Shown here: positions 27,532 through 37,205 of the stretch, piece after piece | Position numbering within the stretch: the first letter of the stretch is position 1 | Layout: each line of letters starts with the position of its first letter | NCBI GenBank assembly: GCA_964599375.1 | Contig: CAZREW010000017.1 | Span: forward strand, 3,926-67,925 | Source of the DNA: an uncultured bacterium | GTDB lineage: Bacteria > Krumholzibacteriota > Krumholzibacteriia > Krumholzibacteriales > Krumholzibacteriaceae | Length of the DNA: 64,000 nucleotides | Reading direction: 5' to 3' | Notes under the pieces: generated by a model | The model's input: only the letters and a program-made list of their open reading frames with translations | Databases searched by the model: none | Told to the model about the DNA's origin: nothing | Program-made: the position numbers and the translations under genes

Positions 27532-28371
27532 GTGGCCGGAACGACCTACACGGACAGAGGCCGCGCGGCGGGGACGGATCCCGCCGGACAGAGCGAGACG
27601 GATCTTCTCAGGGAGGAGATCGCCCGCTACCGGAGCGTCTTCGAATCGGCCAGCATGATCGTCGGCCACGAGCTGGTAAAGCCGCTCACCTCTATAAGCG
27701 GATACGTGGAACTTCTCGAGGACCGGTTCGCCGCTTTCACCGACGGGGACGCGAAGAGGTATTTCATGCGACTGAGGGAATCGATCGGCCAGCTCGAGGA
27801 GCTCGTCGAATCGTTCGTCCAGCTGCTCAGGTTCAACCGGGTCGACGACCAGGCCGGTGTGCTCCAGAGCGTAGACCTGCGCGCGCTCGTCGAGAAGCTC
27901 AGGCCGGGCGAAGGCGAGGGCCGGGCCAGGCTGAGAAACGCGGTCGACCCGGCGATGCCGCCACTGCTGCTTCGAAGGAAACATGTCGAGGTCGTCCTAG
28001 ACAACCTGATCTCCAACGCCCTGAAGCACAGCGGGGGTGGCGCCCCCGTGACCGTCGAGGCGGAGGTCATAAAGGAAAGGCGCGGCAACACCGCCGAGAG
28101 CGTCCTGATCGTCAACGTGACGGACGCCGGGGTAGGGATACCGGAGAACGAGATAGAGGAGATCTTCAATCCGTTCTACAGGGGAGCTTCGGACCGGCGC
28201 TCCGGCGGGCTAGGGCTCGGGCTGGCTCTCGTGAAGAACATCATGGATATCATGAGCGGAGAGGTCCGGGTAAGCAGCGCTCCCGGCAAGGGCACAAGGG
28301 TGACAATAAGCATCCCGCTCAATGGAGACGACAGGCCCGGAGAATCGAAAGAGCAGAAAAATGGCCGTTAA
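27532..28371 (+). CDS. soluble histidine kinase (HisKA plus HATPase_c, no sensor domain)
   Basis: H-box IVGHELVKPLTSISGYVELL, N-box LDNLISNALKH, G-boxes DAGVGI and GGLGLGLALVKNI. Confidence 0.8.
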   Translation: MAGTTYTDRGRAAGTDPAGQSETDLLREEIARYRSVFESASMIVGHELVKPLTSISGYVELLEDRFAAFTDGDAKRYFMRLRESIGQLEELVESFVQLLRFNRVDDQAGVLQSVDLRALVEKLRPGEGEGRARLRNAVDPAMPPLLLRRKHVEVVLDNLISNALKHSGGGAPVTVEAEVIKERRGNTAESVLIVNVTDAGVGIPENEIEEIFNPFYRGASDRRSGGLGLGLALVKNIMDIMSGEVRVSSAPGKGTRVTISIPLNGDDRPGESKEQKNGR

Positions 28372-31354
28372 CAGGAAAAATGAAGTAAAACCCCCGCCGC
28401 TCGTCAGCATTCCCCAGGCCAGGCTGATCGAGCTTGTCGCCATGTTCGCGATACTCTACGTCGCGAGGGAGATAGCAGGATTCACCTATCATACCGGGTT
28501 CGTAGTCGGCGTGTTTGTCGCCGCGGCGCTGTTAAACGTCGGCATATCATCGGTGCGGGGAATAATGAGGAACCACGGCAGTGCGGTCGCCGGCCAGCGG
28601 GTCTGGAGCTGGCTGGCAGTCATGATAGACCTGACCACCGTGCTCTCGCTCATCTATCTCACCGGCACGGTTGCCAGCCCGTTCATGTTCCTCGTCGTGA
28701 TACCCCTCTTCTTCGCGGGGAGGCTGCTGCCGGCGATGACGGCAGGGTTCGCCGTCACGTTCGCCACCGTGGCCGTGATCGCGGCGCTGGGGCTGCTCGA
28801 GCTCAAGGGAGTCATCCCCCATCATTCAGTCCTCGGCAGCGGCATGGAAGGCCCAGCGGAGTCACATTACCTTATTGGCACACTGCTCGTAGTCGGTGGC
28901 TTCATGAGCCTGATGACCTACCTGTTCAGCACCTTCTATGATAACTTCCAGGTCTATTTCCGTGACGCGGAGAACCGCATCGATTCCTCGCGCAAGAGAA
29001 TACTCGAGCTGACACGTCTCTACGACATCAGCCTCGGGATCAACTCCGTCATAAGTCTAGATACGCTGCTCAAGATGGTATGCAAGGAAGTCACCCTCCT
29101 GCTCAGGCGCCCCTGGGCCGCCGTCGCCCTGATATCGCATAAGGGCGAGGTTGTCAAGTTCATCGAGCTCGGGGCGGGAGGAACGGAAGCAGAAGGGTCA
29201 CTGGGGAAGCTCGACGAGGATCCGCTCTTGACGGAAATGATCGGGAGCGAGGACGGCCTCGCGGTCGAGGATGCCAGCGGGCACGAGACTCTGGGGCAGT
29301 CACGCATAATAAAGGAAAGAAAACTCGTGCCGGTCCTCGCGGTCCCCGTGCTGTCGGGACACGATTCGCAGGGCGTGCTTTTCGTGGGCGACCGCAGGAA
29401 GGACCCGTTCACCGACGAGGAAGTCAAGCTCATGTCGATACTTTCCGGCCAGATCTCGACGGCCATCGACAAGAGCCGGCTCTATGAAGTCATGACCGGA
29501 AGGATCAGGCGCCTCGAGCGGGAGAACGAGGCCCTGCAGAACTCCAACAACCTCAAGATGGGTTACATATCGCACGTCTCGCATGAGCTCAAGACGCCGC
29601 TCACATCGATAAAGGCGTACGTCGAGTCGCTCGCCGAGAATATGGGCGATCCGGGTTTCACCGAGGGGAAGGATTTCCTCGGCGTGATATCGAGCGAGAC
29701 GGACAGGCTCATACGCCTGGTCAACAAGGTGCTGGACATATCCAAGATAGAGTTCGGCCAGAGGACGCTCCGCCGCAGGCTCTTCGACCTGCTCGGCCTG
29801 GTGAGCGAAGTCGACACCTCGATGCAACCGTACTTCAGCGAAAAGAACCTTCACCTGCTGATCGATTTCCCCGACGACCTGCCGCTTGTTGACGGCGACG
29901 AGGATCTTGTCAAGCAGGTGCTGATCAACCTGATCGGGAACGCGGTGAAGTTCTCGCCGGCGGGGTCGAGGATATTCCTCACCGCGGAGGAGGAGGCCGT
30001 ATCGATCAAGATCACCGTCCGCGACGAGGGAGTCGGCATCCCGAAAGACGACCTTAAGAACATATTCAGGCAGTTCTACCAGGTCGGAACGGACTCGTCC
30101 GAGGGCGTTGGCCTCGGGCTCGCGATAGTGAAGAACATAGTGGAGCAGCACGGTGGGTATATGCATGTCACCAGCGAGATGGGCGAGGGAAGCTCATTTA
30201 CCTTCACTCTGCCGAAGGAGCACCACTTCAACGACCTGCTCGGGTACATATTCGATTCCATGGATGCCCGCGAGGAGGTCCAGGAGATGTTCCAGCTCGC
30301 GGTAAAGGTAGTCGCAGAGATACTGTCGGCGAAGATCGTCTCGATGATGCTTCTCGACCGTGAGCGCAAGGAGCTCTTCATAAAGGTCGCCTACGGGCTC
30401 GATGAGAGGATAGTAGAGAACACGCGAGTGGCGGTGGGCAAGAGCATTGCCGGCCGGGTCGCCCAGACGGGCGAACCCCTGCTTATAGAGGATATAGAGG
30501 AAACTGGACTCTCCTCGATGAGATCGAACAATCCGCAGTACGAGACGAAATCCCTGCTCAGCGTCCCGCTGGTGGTCGGCTCGACGGTCATCGGCGTCAT
30601 AAACGCGAACAACAAGACATCGGGCAGGCCGTTTACCGAAGACGACATGATACTGCTGCAGAGCATAAGCGAAAGGATATCTAAGGTCATAGAGAGGATG
30701 CGCACGGCCGAGGACTTCCATGCCTTTCTGCGTGAGACCATCTCGTCTCTCAACTCGCTTCTGGAGATATGCGAGTCCGACGAAGCCGGCATGCGAAACA
30801 TGCTCGTCGAATGGTCGGTCAAGGTCGCCAGGAAGCTCGGGCTTTCCGAGAAGGAGATCCAGGTAATCCAGTTCGTCTCGAGCGTCCACGACGTGGGGAT
30901 GACGACAATCGGCGACGACATACTCTCGAAGACGCTTGATCTGACCCCCGAGGAGATCGACGAGATCCGCAAGCATCCGCAGCGTGGAGCGGCGATAATG
31001 CGGCCGCTCGAGTTTGTCGAGGCGGTAAGCCAGACTATGCTCTTCCATCACGAGAGGATGGACGGCAAGGGGTACCCGATGGGTCTCAAGGGGGACCAGA
31101 TACCGATAGGCGCCAGGATAATCTCAGTGCTCGACGCGTGGGTGTCGATGGTGAGCGAACGGCCGTTCAGGAAAGCGCTTGCCCTCGAGGATTCGATCAA
31201 TGAGCTCGTGGACAACGCCGGGAAACAGTTCGACCGCGAAGTCATCGGCGCCTTCATGGAGGTGCTCGTCGACGAGGGGCGGATAGAGATAGAGGAGTAT
31301 GCGGGAATAAGGGACAGGCTGAGGTTCGGCGGTAGGCACCACGCCATGCCGTAG
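28361..31354 (+). CDS. multi-TM sensor: GAF - HisKA - HATPase_c - GAF - HD-GYP fusion protein
   Basis: Starts 11 nt before the upstream HK stop. About 6 TM helices (aa 30-205). GAF1 at nt ~29000-29480. H-box ISHVSHELKTPLTSIKAY at ~29570-29620. HATPase G-box GVGLGLAIVKNIV. GAF2 at nt ~30270-30690. HD-GYP with HDVGM at 30887-30892 and HHERMDGKGYP. Confidence 0.85.
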   Translation: MAVNRKNEVKPPPLVSIPQARLIELVAMFAILYVAREIAGFTYHTGFVVGVFVAAALLNVGISSVRGIMRNHGSAVAGQRVWSWLAVMIDLTTVLSLIYLTGTVASPFMFLVVIPLFFAGRLLPAMTAGFAVTFATVAVIAALGLLELKGVIPHHSVLGSGMEGPAESHYLIGTLLVVGGFMSLMTYLFSTFYDNFQVYFRDAENRIDSSRKRILELTRLYDISLGINSVISLDTLLKMVCKEVTLLLRRPWAAVALISHKGEVVKFIELGAGGTEAEGSLGKLDEDPLLTEMIGSEDGLAVEDASGHETLGQSRIIKERKLVPVLAVPVLSGHDSQGVLFVGDRRKDPFTDEEVKLMSILSGQISTAIDKSRLYEVMTGRIRRLERENEALQNSNNLKMGYISHVSHELKTPLTSIKAYVESLAENMGDPGFTEGKDFLGVISSETDRLIRLVNKVLDISKIEFGQRTLRRRLFDLLGLVSEVDTSMQPYFSEKNLHLLIDFPDDLPLVDGDEDLVKQVLINLIGNAVKFSPAGSRIFLTAEEEAVSIKITVRDEGVGIPKDDLKNIFRQFYQVGTDSSEGVGLGLAIVKNIVEQHGGYMHVTSEMGEGSSFTFTLPKEHHFNDLLGYIFDSMDAREEVQEMFQLAVKVVAEILSAKIVSMMLLDRERKELFIKVAYGLDERIVENTRVAVGKSIAGRVAQTGEPLLIEDIEETGLSSMRSNNPQYETKSLLSVPLVVGSTVIGVINANNKTSGRPFTEDDMILLQSISERISKVIERMRTAEDFHAFLRETISSLNSLLEICESDEAGMRNMLVEWSVKVARKLGLSEKEIQVIQFVSSVHDVGMTTIGDDILSKTLDLTPEEIDEIRKHPQRGAAIMRPLEFVEAVSQTMLFHHERMDGKGYPMGLKGDQIPIGARIISVLDAWVSMVSERPFRKALALEDSINELVDNAGKQFDREVIGAFMEVLVDEGRIEIEEYAGIRDRLRFGGRHHAMP

Positions 31355-31367
31355 ACAGGAGCATTCG

Positions 31368-34300
31368 ATGCTGAGGGCAGGCGCGGAATACATCTTTACC
31401 GGCGAAGCAGGAGCGGTGACGTATCTATTCGTCCTGCTCCTTCTCTCGCTCTCATGCGTTTGCAGGGCGGTCTCCGCACACAGAGAAGGGGGCCGCAAGG
31501 AGCTCGGCGCGCTCGCGTCCGGGCTGTCCCTGCTTTTCGTCTCCCGCGCGCTCGGCGTCTACTCGATGAGGTCGGGCGTCGAGGCCCTCTCGCTCCTGGC
31601 GGCCGCCGCGGGACTGGCGGGGCTCTACCTGATGATCACATCGATAGTGTCCGGCAGGAGGGAGGGCGACTATGCGCCTCTGAGCAGGACGGTCCTCGCG
31701 GGAGGGCTGACGGCCGGTGTCGCCGTGAGTGCCGTGGCGCTCCTGCTGCTTCCAGGCTCGGGTTCGGGCCCGGCCGCCATCAGTACGGGACATATCTTCG
31801 CCGCTGCAGTTCCGGTGGGTCTTCTCGCCGGATTGCTGATCGAGAGTATGCGCAGGCCGGCAGGCGCCCGCCGCGCGGGCGGGTCGCTCATCGCCGCCGC
31901 TGCCGCCGTCTTGCTTGCGGCGGCTTCAACGGTCGCCGTCCTGGCTTGGACAGGCTTTGCCGGAGGCGGGTCGTTCGTCCCGCAGCTCTGGGCCCTTCTC
32001 GACGTGTCGGGGATCTTCCTCTTCCTCGCATGGCTCACACTCGAGCCTGCAGGGAGGAGGGCGTCCTGCTCCCCCGCCCTCTGCGGCGCCGCCCCGTCAG
32101 AGGCAAGGCTGCCAGAAGGCCAGGGGCGCCGGGTGCTGGAGATCAGCAGGGCGATCGTCTCGGGAGACAGGGAGACGGATATATACAGGGAGATAGCCGC
32201 CGCGATCCGCGAGGAGACAGGCTCCGGGTTCGTCGTCGTGCGCGCCTCCGGCGAGGGCGACGAGAGGTTCGAAGTAAAGGGATTTTCGGCCGAAGGGCAC
32301 GATTCGGGGTCCCCCGCCTTCTCGATGAGCCTGACGAGAGAGAGGCTTGAGCAGTACCTCGATCCTCAGGACGGGGCGTCCGGCCTGCTCGTACTCGACG
32401 AGAAGACGCTCGGCGACGACAGGGAGGCCTTCGTGCCCGCGATGCTGGCCGCCGACAGGGGGGCCGTAGCCGTGATGCCGGTCGAGGACGCCGGTGTCAG
32501 CAGGGCCGTGGTGATCGCCGGCTTTTTCCGCGACGGGCTGCCCGAGGAGGTCTCCGGCGTGATCGAGGCATACAGGATAAACATCATCCAGATCGCCGGG
32601 CGGGAGGAATGGGCGAACAGGACGAGGAAAAGGGAGAAGGAGCTCACCGTCTGCAAGGAAGAGCTCGAGAGCGTCAATCAGATGAAAAGCAACTTCCTCT
32701 CCATCGTCTCGCACGAGCTCAGGACCCCGCTGACCTCGGTGAAGGCATACGCCGAGACGCTGATGGACAACGTGGGATCGATAGAGACAGAGACGGTGCG
32801 GGATTTCCTGAAGGTGATGGGAGAGGAGAACGACCGCGTCATCTCACTGGTCGACAACATACTGAACTACTCGTGCATGGAGAGCGGGCACCTCAAGGTC
32901 GAGAAGACCGAATGCGATCTTGGCGAGATCATAGAGGAGGTGCACGCCGGGCTGGAGAACCGCATGCTCACGGAGCGTGTCAACAGCGAGATCAAGCTGC
33001 CGCGGGGACGGGTTGTAGTCGACGCCGACCGGGAGCTGATCCGCCAGATGCTCCACAACCTGATGAGCAACGCGATAAAGTTCACGCCCCAGGGCGGGCT
33101 GGTCACGATAGTCCTCGAGGAGGAAGCCTCCGCGGCGAGGATAGTTGTGCAGGATACGGGGCGGGGGATCCCGGAGGACCAGCTCGAGAAGATATTCGAG
33201 AGATTCCACCAGGTCGACGCCAGCGACACGCGCGAGCACGGCGGATCCGGCCTCGGCCTTGCCATTTGCAAGAACATCGTCGAGTGGCACGACGGACATA
33301 TCTGGGTGGAGAACGTCAAGGAAGCGGGAGCTAAGTTCACCGTGATGCTTCCGATGAAGGACATCATCGTGCGGCACGCCGTCTCCTCGGGATTCATCGG
33401 ATCAGTGCGCTTCGAGAGGGAGAGGTATCTCACCCTGCTCGTAGAGATGCTGTCCGGGTTCCTGCAGGCGAGAAAGGCCTCGATCATGCTGTTCGATCCA
33501 CGCGACCGGACACTGCAGGTAATCGCGGCCAAGGGGCTCGATCCCGAGTTCGTCCAGAATTCCCGCGTCGAAGTGGGAGAGCGCATATCCGGGAAGGTCT
33601 TCGCCGACGAACAGTCCCTTCATGTATTCGATATCGAGAAGGATTCGAAGGTGTCGAGAAGCAACAACACCGCCTATTACTGGACCAAATCGTTTATATC
33701 GGTACCACTGCGCGACGGCGACGACGTCATCGGCGTCCTCAACGTCGCCGACCATGTGGAAAACAGGGGATTCACTCAGGCTGACCGCGAGATCCTCGAA
33801 TCGCTCGGGCCGGTCATCTCGGGAATGGTCAAGAAGCTGGGCGCTTTTGAGACTGTCTCCTCGAACTTCGAGAAGCTGAAGGAGGCGATGAAGGGAATCC
33901 TGCACATAAGGGAGGTCTGGGGTGCGAGGAACATGCTTAACTTCACGATGATCGCCATGGCGGTCGCCCGCAGGCTCAACCTCGACGAGAAGTCGCTGAC
34001 AGCGCTCAGGATGGGGATGAGCCTGTACGATCTGGGCATGATGAAGATCCCGAGGTCGCTCAGGGTGAAGAAGGAAAGCCTGAGCGAGAAGGAATGGGAG
34101 AAGCTCAGGGAGCATCCAGACCTCGGCTACTCGCTCGTCTCCCCGATGGGGCTCGACGAGAGGATCATGAAGATGGTACGCGGCCATCACGAGCATTACG
34201 ATGGCAGCGGGTACCCGGCAGGGCTGATAAAGGACGAGATCCCTATAGAGGCGAGGATCCTGGGCGTCGTCGATTCGTTCCGGGCCCTTATAACGCCAGG

Positions 34301-34553
34301 GCCGTACAGGCGCTGCTTCTCGGTGGACGAGGCGAAGAACGAGATAATACAGGGCGCGGGCACGAGGTTCGACCCGAAGGTGGTCGGGGCGTTTGTCAAG
34401 TCGCTCCACGACCTGGGCGCCCGCGAAGACAGGTGTGAGCTCGTGCTCGACGCGGTCGAGAAGGAGCTCGAGATGAAGAAGATGGAAAACGAAAAGACAG
34501 CAGAGACAGAAGTAAATGAAGAGATAGCGTTTGCAGTCAAGGAGGACGCCTGA
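31368..34553 (+). CDS. multi-TM sensor paralog: HisKA - HATPase_c - GAF - HD-GYP-like (HD replaced by YD) fusion protein
   Basis: About 7 TM helices (aa 1-225). H-box IVSHELRTPLTSVKAY at ~32690-32740. G-box GGSGLGLAICKNIV. GAF at nt ~33400-33830. HD-GYP region with YDLGM at 34026-34031 instead of HD, but HHEHYDGSGYP conserved. Acidic C-terminal tail. Confidence 0.85.
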   Translation: MLRAGAEYIFTGEAGAVTYLFVLLLLSLSCVCRAVSAHREGGRKELGALASGLSLLFVSRALGVYSMRSGVEALSLLAAAAGLAGLYLMITSIVSGRREGDYAPLSRTVLAGGLTAGVAVSAVALLLLPGSGSGPAAISTGHIFAAAVPVGLLAGLLIESMRRPAGARRAGGSLIAAAAAVLLAAASTVAVLAWTGFAGGGSFVPQLWALLDVSGIFLFLAWLTLEPAGRRASCSPALCGAAPSEARLPEGQGRRVLEISRAIVSGDRETDIYREIAAAIREETGSGFVVVRASGEGDERFEVKGFSAEGHDSGSPAFSMSLTRERLEQYLDPQDGASGLLVLDEKTLGDDREAFVPAMLAADRGAVAVMPVEDAGVSRAVVIAGFFRDGLPEEVSGVIEAYRINIIQIAGREEWANRTRKREKELTVCKEELESVNQMKSNFLSIVSHELRTPLTSVKAYAETLMDNVGSIETETVRDFLKVMGEENDRVISLVDNILNYSCMESGHLKVEKTECDLGEIIEEVHAGLENRMLTERVNSEIKLPRGRVVVDADRELIRQMLHNLMSNAIKFTPQGGLVTIVLEEEASAARIVVQDTGRGIPEDQLEKIFERFHQVDASDTREHGGSGLGLAICKNIVEWHDGHIWVENVKEAGAKFTVMLPMKDIIVRHAVSSGFIGSVRFERERYLTLLVEMLSGFLQARKASIMLFDPRDRTLQVIAAKGLDPEFVQNSRVEVGERISGKVFADEQSLHVFDIEKDSKVSRSNNTAYYWTKSFISVPLRDGDDVIGVLNVADHVENRGFTQADREILESLGPVISGMVKKLGAFETVSSNFEKLKEAMKGILHIREVWGARNMLNFTMIAMAVARRLNLDEKSLTALRMGMSLYDLGMMKIPRSLRVKKESLSEKEWEKLREHPDLGYSLVSPMGLDERIMKMVRGHHEHYDGSGYPAGLIKDEIPIEARILGVVDSFRALITPGPYRRCFSVDEAKNEIIQGAGTRFDPKVVGAFVKSLHDLGAREDRCELVLDAVEKELEMKKMENEKTAETEVNEEIAFAVKEDA

Positions 34554-34930
34554 TGGCAAAGGGCAAGATCCTCGTCGTAGACGATGAGGTCAACATAACG
34601 CAGATACTGGAGTTCAGCATAGGAGCGGAAGGGTACGAGGTAGTGACCGCCGCTAACGGCGAAGAGGCTATAGACAAGGCGCGCCGCGAGCAGCCCGACC
34701 TTATAATACTCGATGTCATGATGCCGAAGATCGACGGGTACGAAGCCTGCAGGATACTGAAGGCCAATCCGTTGACCAAGTCGATCCCGGTAGTCCTGCT
34801 CACCGCCAAGGGCAGGGACATCGACAAGAGACTCGGCTACGAGGTAGGCGCTACAGACTACATCATCAAGCCGTTCAGTCCCAACAAGCTGATAGACAGG
34901 ATCCACCAGCTGCTCGTGGGCACGAAATAG
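34553..34930 (+). CDS. single-domain (CheY-like) response regulator
   Basis: TGATG overlap with the upstream kinase. KILVVDDE...DLIILDVMMP...LLTAK...DYIIKPF. Confidence 0.9.
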   Translation: MAKGKILVVDDEVNITQILEFSIGAEGYEVVTAANGEEAIDKARREQPDLIILDVMMPKIDGYEACRILKANPLTKSIPVVLLTAKGRDIDKRLGYEVGATDYIIKPFSPNKLIDRIHQLLVGTK

Positions 34931-34977
34931 CATAACGGTTGCCCGGCGCGGCCGCCCGTCATATAATCCGCAACGAG

Positions 34978-36981
34978 ATGACGCCGCGCCGCGAAATACA
35001 CGGCTATGCCGAGATCGCACTTCCCGTTCCCGTGGACGGGACTTTTACCTATATGATCCCCGAAGAGATCCGCGAGGCGATCGCACCCGGTTGCCGCGTG
35101 ATGGTGCCGTTCGGCAGGAGGCGGATGACCGGCTACGTGATCTCGACACACTCGGATCCCCCCGGCGGGATGAAGATCAGGAACATATCCGCGCTCGTCG
35201 ACGACCAGCCGCTCATAACTGCCAGTCTCCTCGATCTCGCCGCATGGATGTCCGGATATTACGCGCACTCGATGGGCGAGGTGCTCAGGGCGGTCCTCCC
35301 CGCGGCGCTCAAGGGCCGTGGAAGGATAGCGGCCTCGGCGGCGGGCGACTCGATGTTTCCCGAGGACGAGCACCGTCCCGCTTTGACCGCGGGGCAGCAG
35401 GAGGCGTTCGAGGCCGTAAGGGCCTCGATCGGCAGGGGCGAGTTCGCGCGCTATCTCGTCTACGGCGTCACGGGGAGCGGCAAGACCGAGGTATACCTGA
35501 GGTGCATCGAGGAGGTCCTCGCGGCCGGGGGCAGGGCGATAGTGCTGATCCCCGAGATATCGCTGGTCCCGCAGACGACAGCGAGGTTCCGCAGGAGGTT
35601 CGGCGAGCGGGTGGCGGTCATCCACAGCAGGCTCACCGGGCCGCAGAGGGCCTCGATATGGAGGGACGCGGCGGCCGGCAGGGTCGATGTGGTCATCGGG
35701 GCGCGCTCGGCGGTATTCGTCCCGCTAAGGGACCTTCGCATGATCGTCATCGACGAGGAGCAGGACTCCTCTTTCAAGCAGCAGGAGAAACCCCATTACG
35801 GCGCAGTCGAGGTCGCCGAGTTCAGGGCTCGCTCGGAGAGCGCCGTGATGGTGACCGGCTCGGCTACTCCCTCGCTCGAATCATGGTACAGGTCTCAGAA
35901 GGGCCAGATAGAGAGATTCGTCCTCCCGAACCGTCCCGGCGCGGGCAGGCTCCCGCCCGTCGAAGTCATAGACATGAGGAAGAAGCGGGGCGGGATCTCG
36001 GAGAAGCTCCTCGATGCCCTCGATGTGTGCGTCTCGGCGGGGCGCCAGGCGATCGTGCTGATAAACCGGAGGGGATTCGCCAATTATCTCCAGTGCCCGA
36101 AGTGCGGATGGATCGGCAGGTGCCCGAACTGCTCGATATCGCTCACATGGCACAGCAGCGGCAGAAGGCTCGTCTGCCATTACTGCGGCTACAGCGGGGG
36201 CACGCCGGAGAAGTGCCCCGAGTGCGGCTCGTACGGGTTCGTGCGCCTCGGAGGGGGGACGCAGAAGATCGAGTCGGACCTGGCGAACCTGCTCCCCGGG
36301 GTGAGGATACTCAGGATGGACCTCGATACGACCGCCGGCAAGAGTGGGCACTCCGATATCCTAGAGAAGTTCGCCTCGGGCGGAGCCGACATACTTCTCG
36401 GCACGCAGATGGTCGCCAAGGGGCACCATTACCCGAACGTGACCGTGGTCGGGGTGCTCTCGGCGGACGCCGGCCTGAACTTCCCCGACTTCCGCGCCGC
36501 AGAGAGGACCTTCCAACTCCTCTCCCAGGCGGCGGGCAGGACGGGCAGGGGAAGCGAGGGGGGAAAGGTCTACATACAGACATATACTCCGGAGCACTTC
36601 ATATTCGATTATATCGTCAGGCACGATTACCCGGGGTTCGCGGGCAGAGAGCTCGCCTCGCGGGAGCAGTTCGCCTACCCCCCGGCCGGGCGGCTCATAC
36701 TGCTGACCGTGTCGGCCAGGACCCGTGATACGGCGATGAAGGGGGGCGAATCTGTCGCGGGGGCGGCCGCGGCGTCGGGGACGGTGGAAGAGTCCGGCAT
36801 CCTCGGGCCCGTCCCGGCTATGATAGAGAGGCTCAGGGGGATGTACAGGGTCCAGGTCCTGGTGCGCGCCGATATCGGCCCGGACGGGAAAAAGGCACTC
36901 GTCGGGGCATGCCGGGAGGCCCTTTCAGGGATGCGGGGGGCCGCCCTGCAGTGGGACGTCGATCCCCTCGATATCTTCTGA
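34978..36981 (+). CDS. priA: primosomal protein N'
   Basis: Walker A GVTGSGKT, DEEQD box, and the Cys4 zinc fingers CPKCGWIGRCPNCS and CHYCGY...CPECG. Confidence 0.9.
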   Translation: MTPRREIHGYAEIALPVPVDGTFTYMIPEEIREAIAPGCRVMVPFGRRRMTGYVISTHSDPPGGMKIRNISALVDDQPLITASLLDLAAWMSGYYAHSMGEVLRAVLPAALKGRGRIAASAAGDSMFPEDEHRPALTAGQQEAFEAVRASIGRGEFARYLVYGVTGSGKTEVYLRCIEEVLAAGGRAIVLIPEISLVPQTTARFRRRFGERVAVIHSRLTGPQRASIWRDAAAGRVDVVIGARSAVFVPLRDLRMIVIDEEQDSSFKQQEKPHYGAVEVAEFRARSESAVMVTGSATPSLESWYRSQKGQIERFVLPNRPGAGRLPPVEVIDMRKKRGGISEKLLDALDVCVSAGRQAIVLINRRGFANYLQCPKCGWIGRCPNCSISLTWHSSGRRLVCHYCGYSGGTPEKCPECGSYGFVRLGGGTQKIESDLANLLPGVRILRMDLDTTAGKSGHSDILEKFASGGADILLGTQMVAKGHHYPNVTVVGVLSADAGLNFPDFRAAERTFQLLSQAAGRTGRGSEGGKVYIQTYTPEHFIFDYIVRHDYPGFAGRELASREQFAYPPAGRLILLTVSARTRDTAMKGGESVAGAAAASGTVEESGILGPVPAMIERLRGMYRVQVLVRADIGPDGKKALVGACREALSGMRGAALQWDVDPLDIF

Positions 36982-36999
36982 GAAGCGGGGGCTTTCCGC

Positions 37000-37028
37000 T
37001 TGACACCGGGGCGGCCGGTTGCTAATTT
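37000..37028 (+). promoter_or_regulatory. sigma70-like promoter TTGACA-17-TAATTT
   Basis: TTGACA at 37000-37005, 17-nt spacer, TAATTT at 37023-37028. About 170 nt upstream of the TPR lipoprotein gene. Confidence 0.4.
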
Positions 37029-37205
37029 TCCATTGTAAAAAGAAGATACCACGATACTTCCAATTCCCGTCCAGACTTGTCGATGTCGGGAGGATCCCCG
37101 GGTCCAGAGCAGAAACGAAGAGACGGCCCCCAGCGGATGGTCCGTATCGTGACAGGGAGAGAACGAAGGTCAGGAAACGAGGTTTCGAAGGAGGTTTGTC
37201 CGCCC

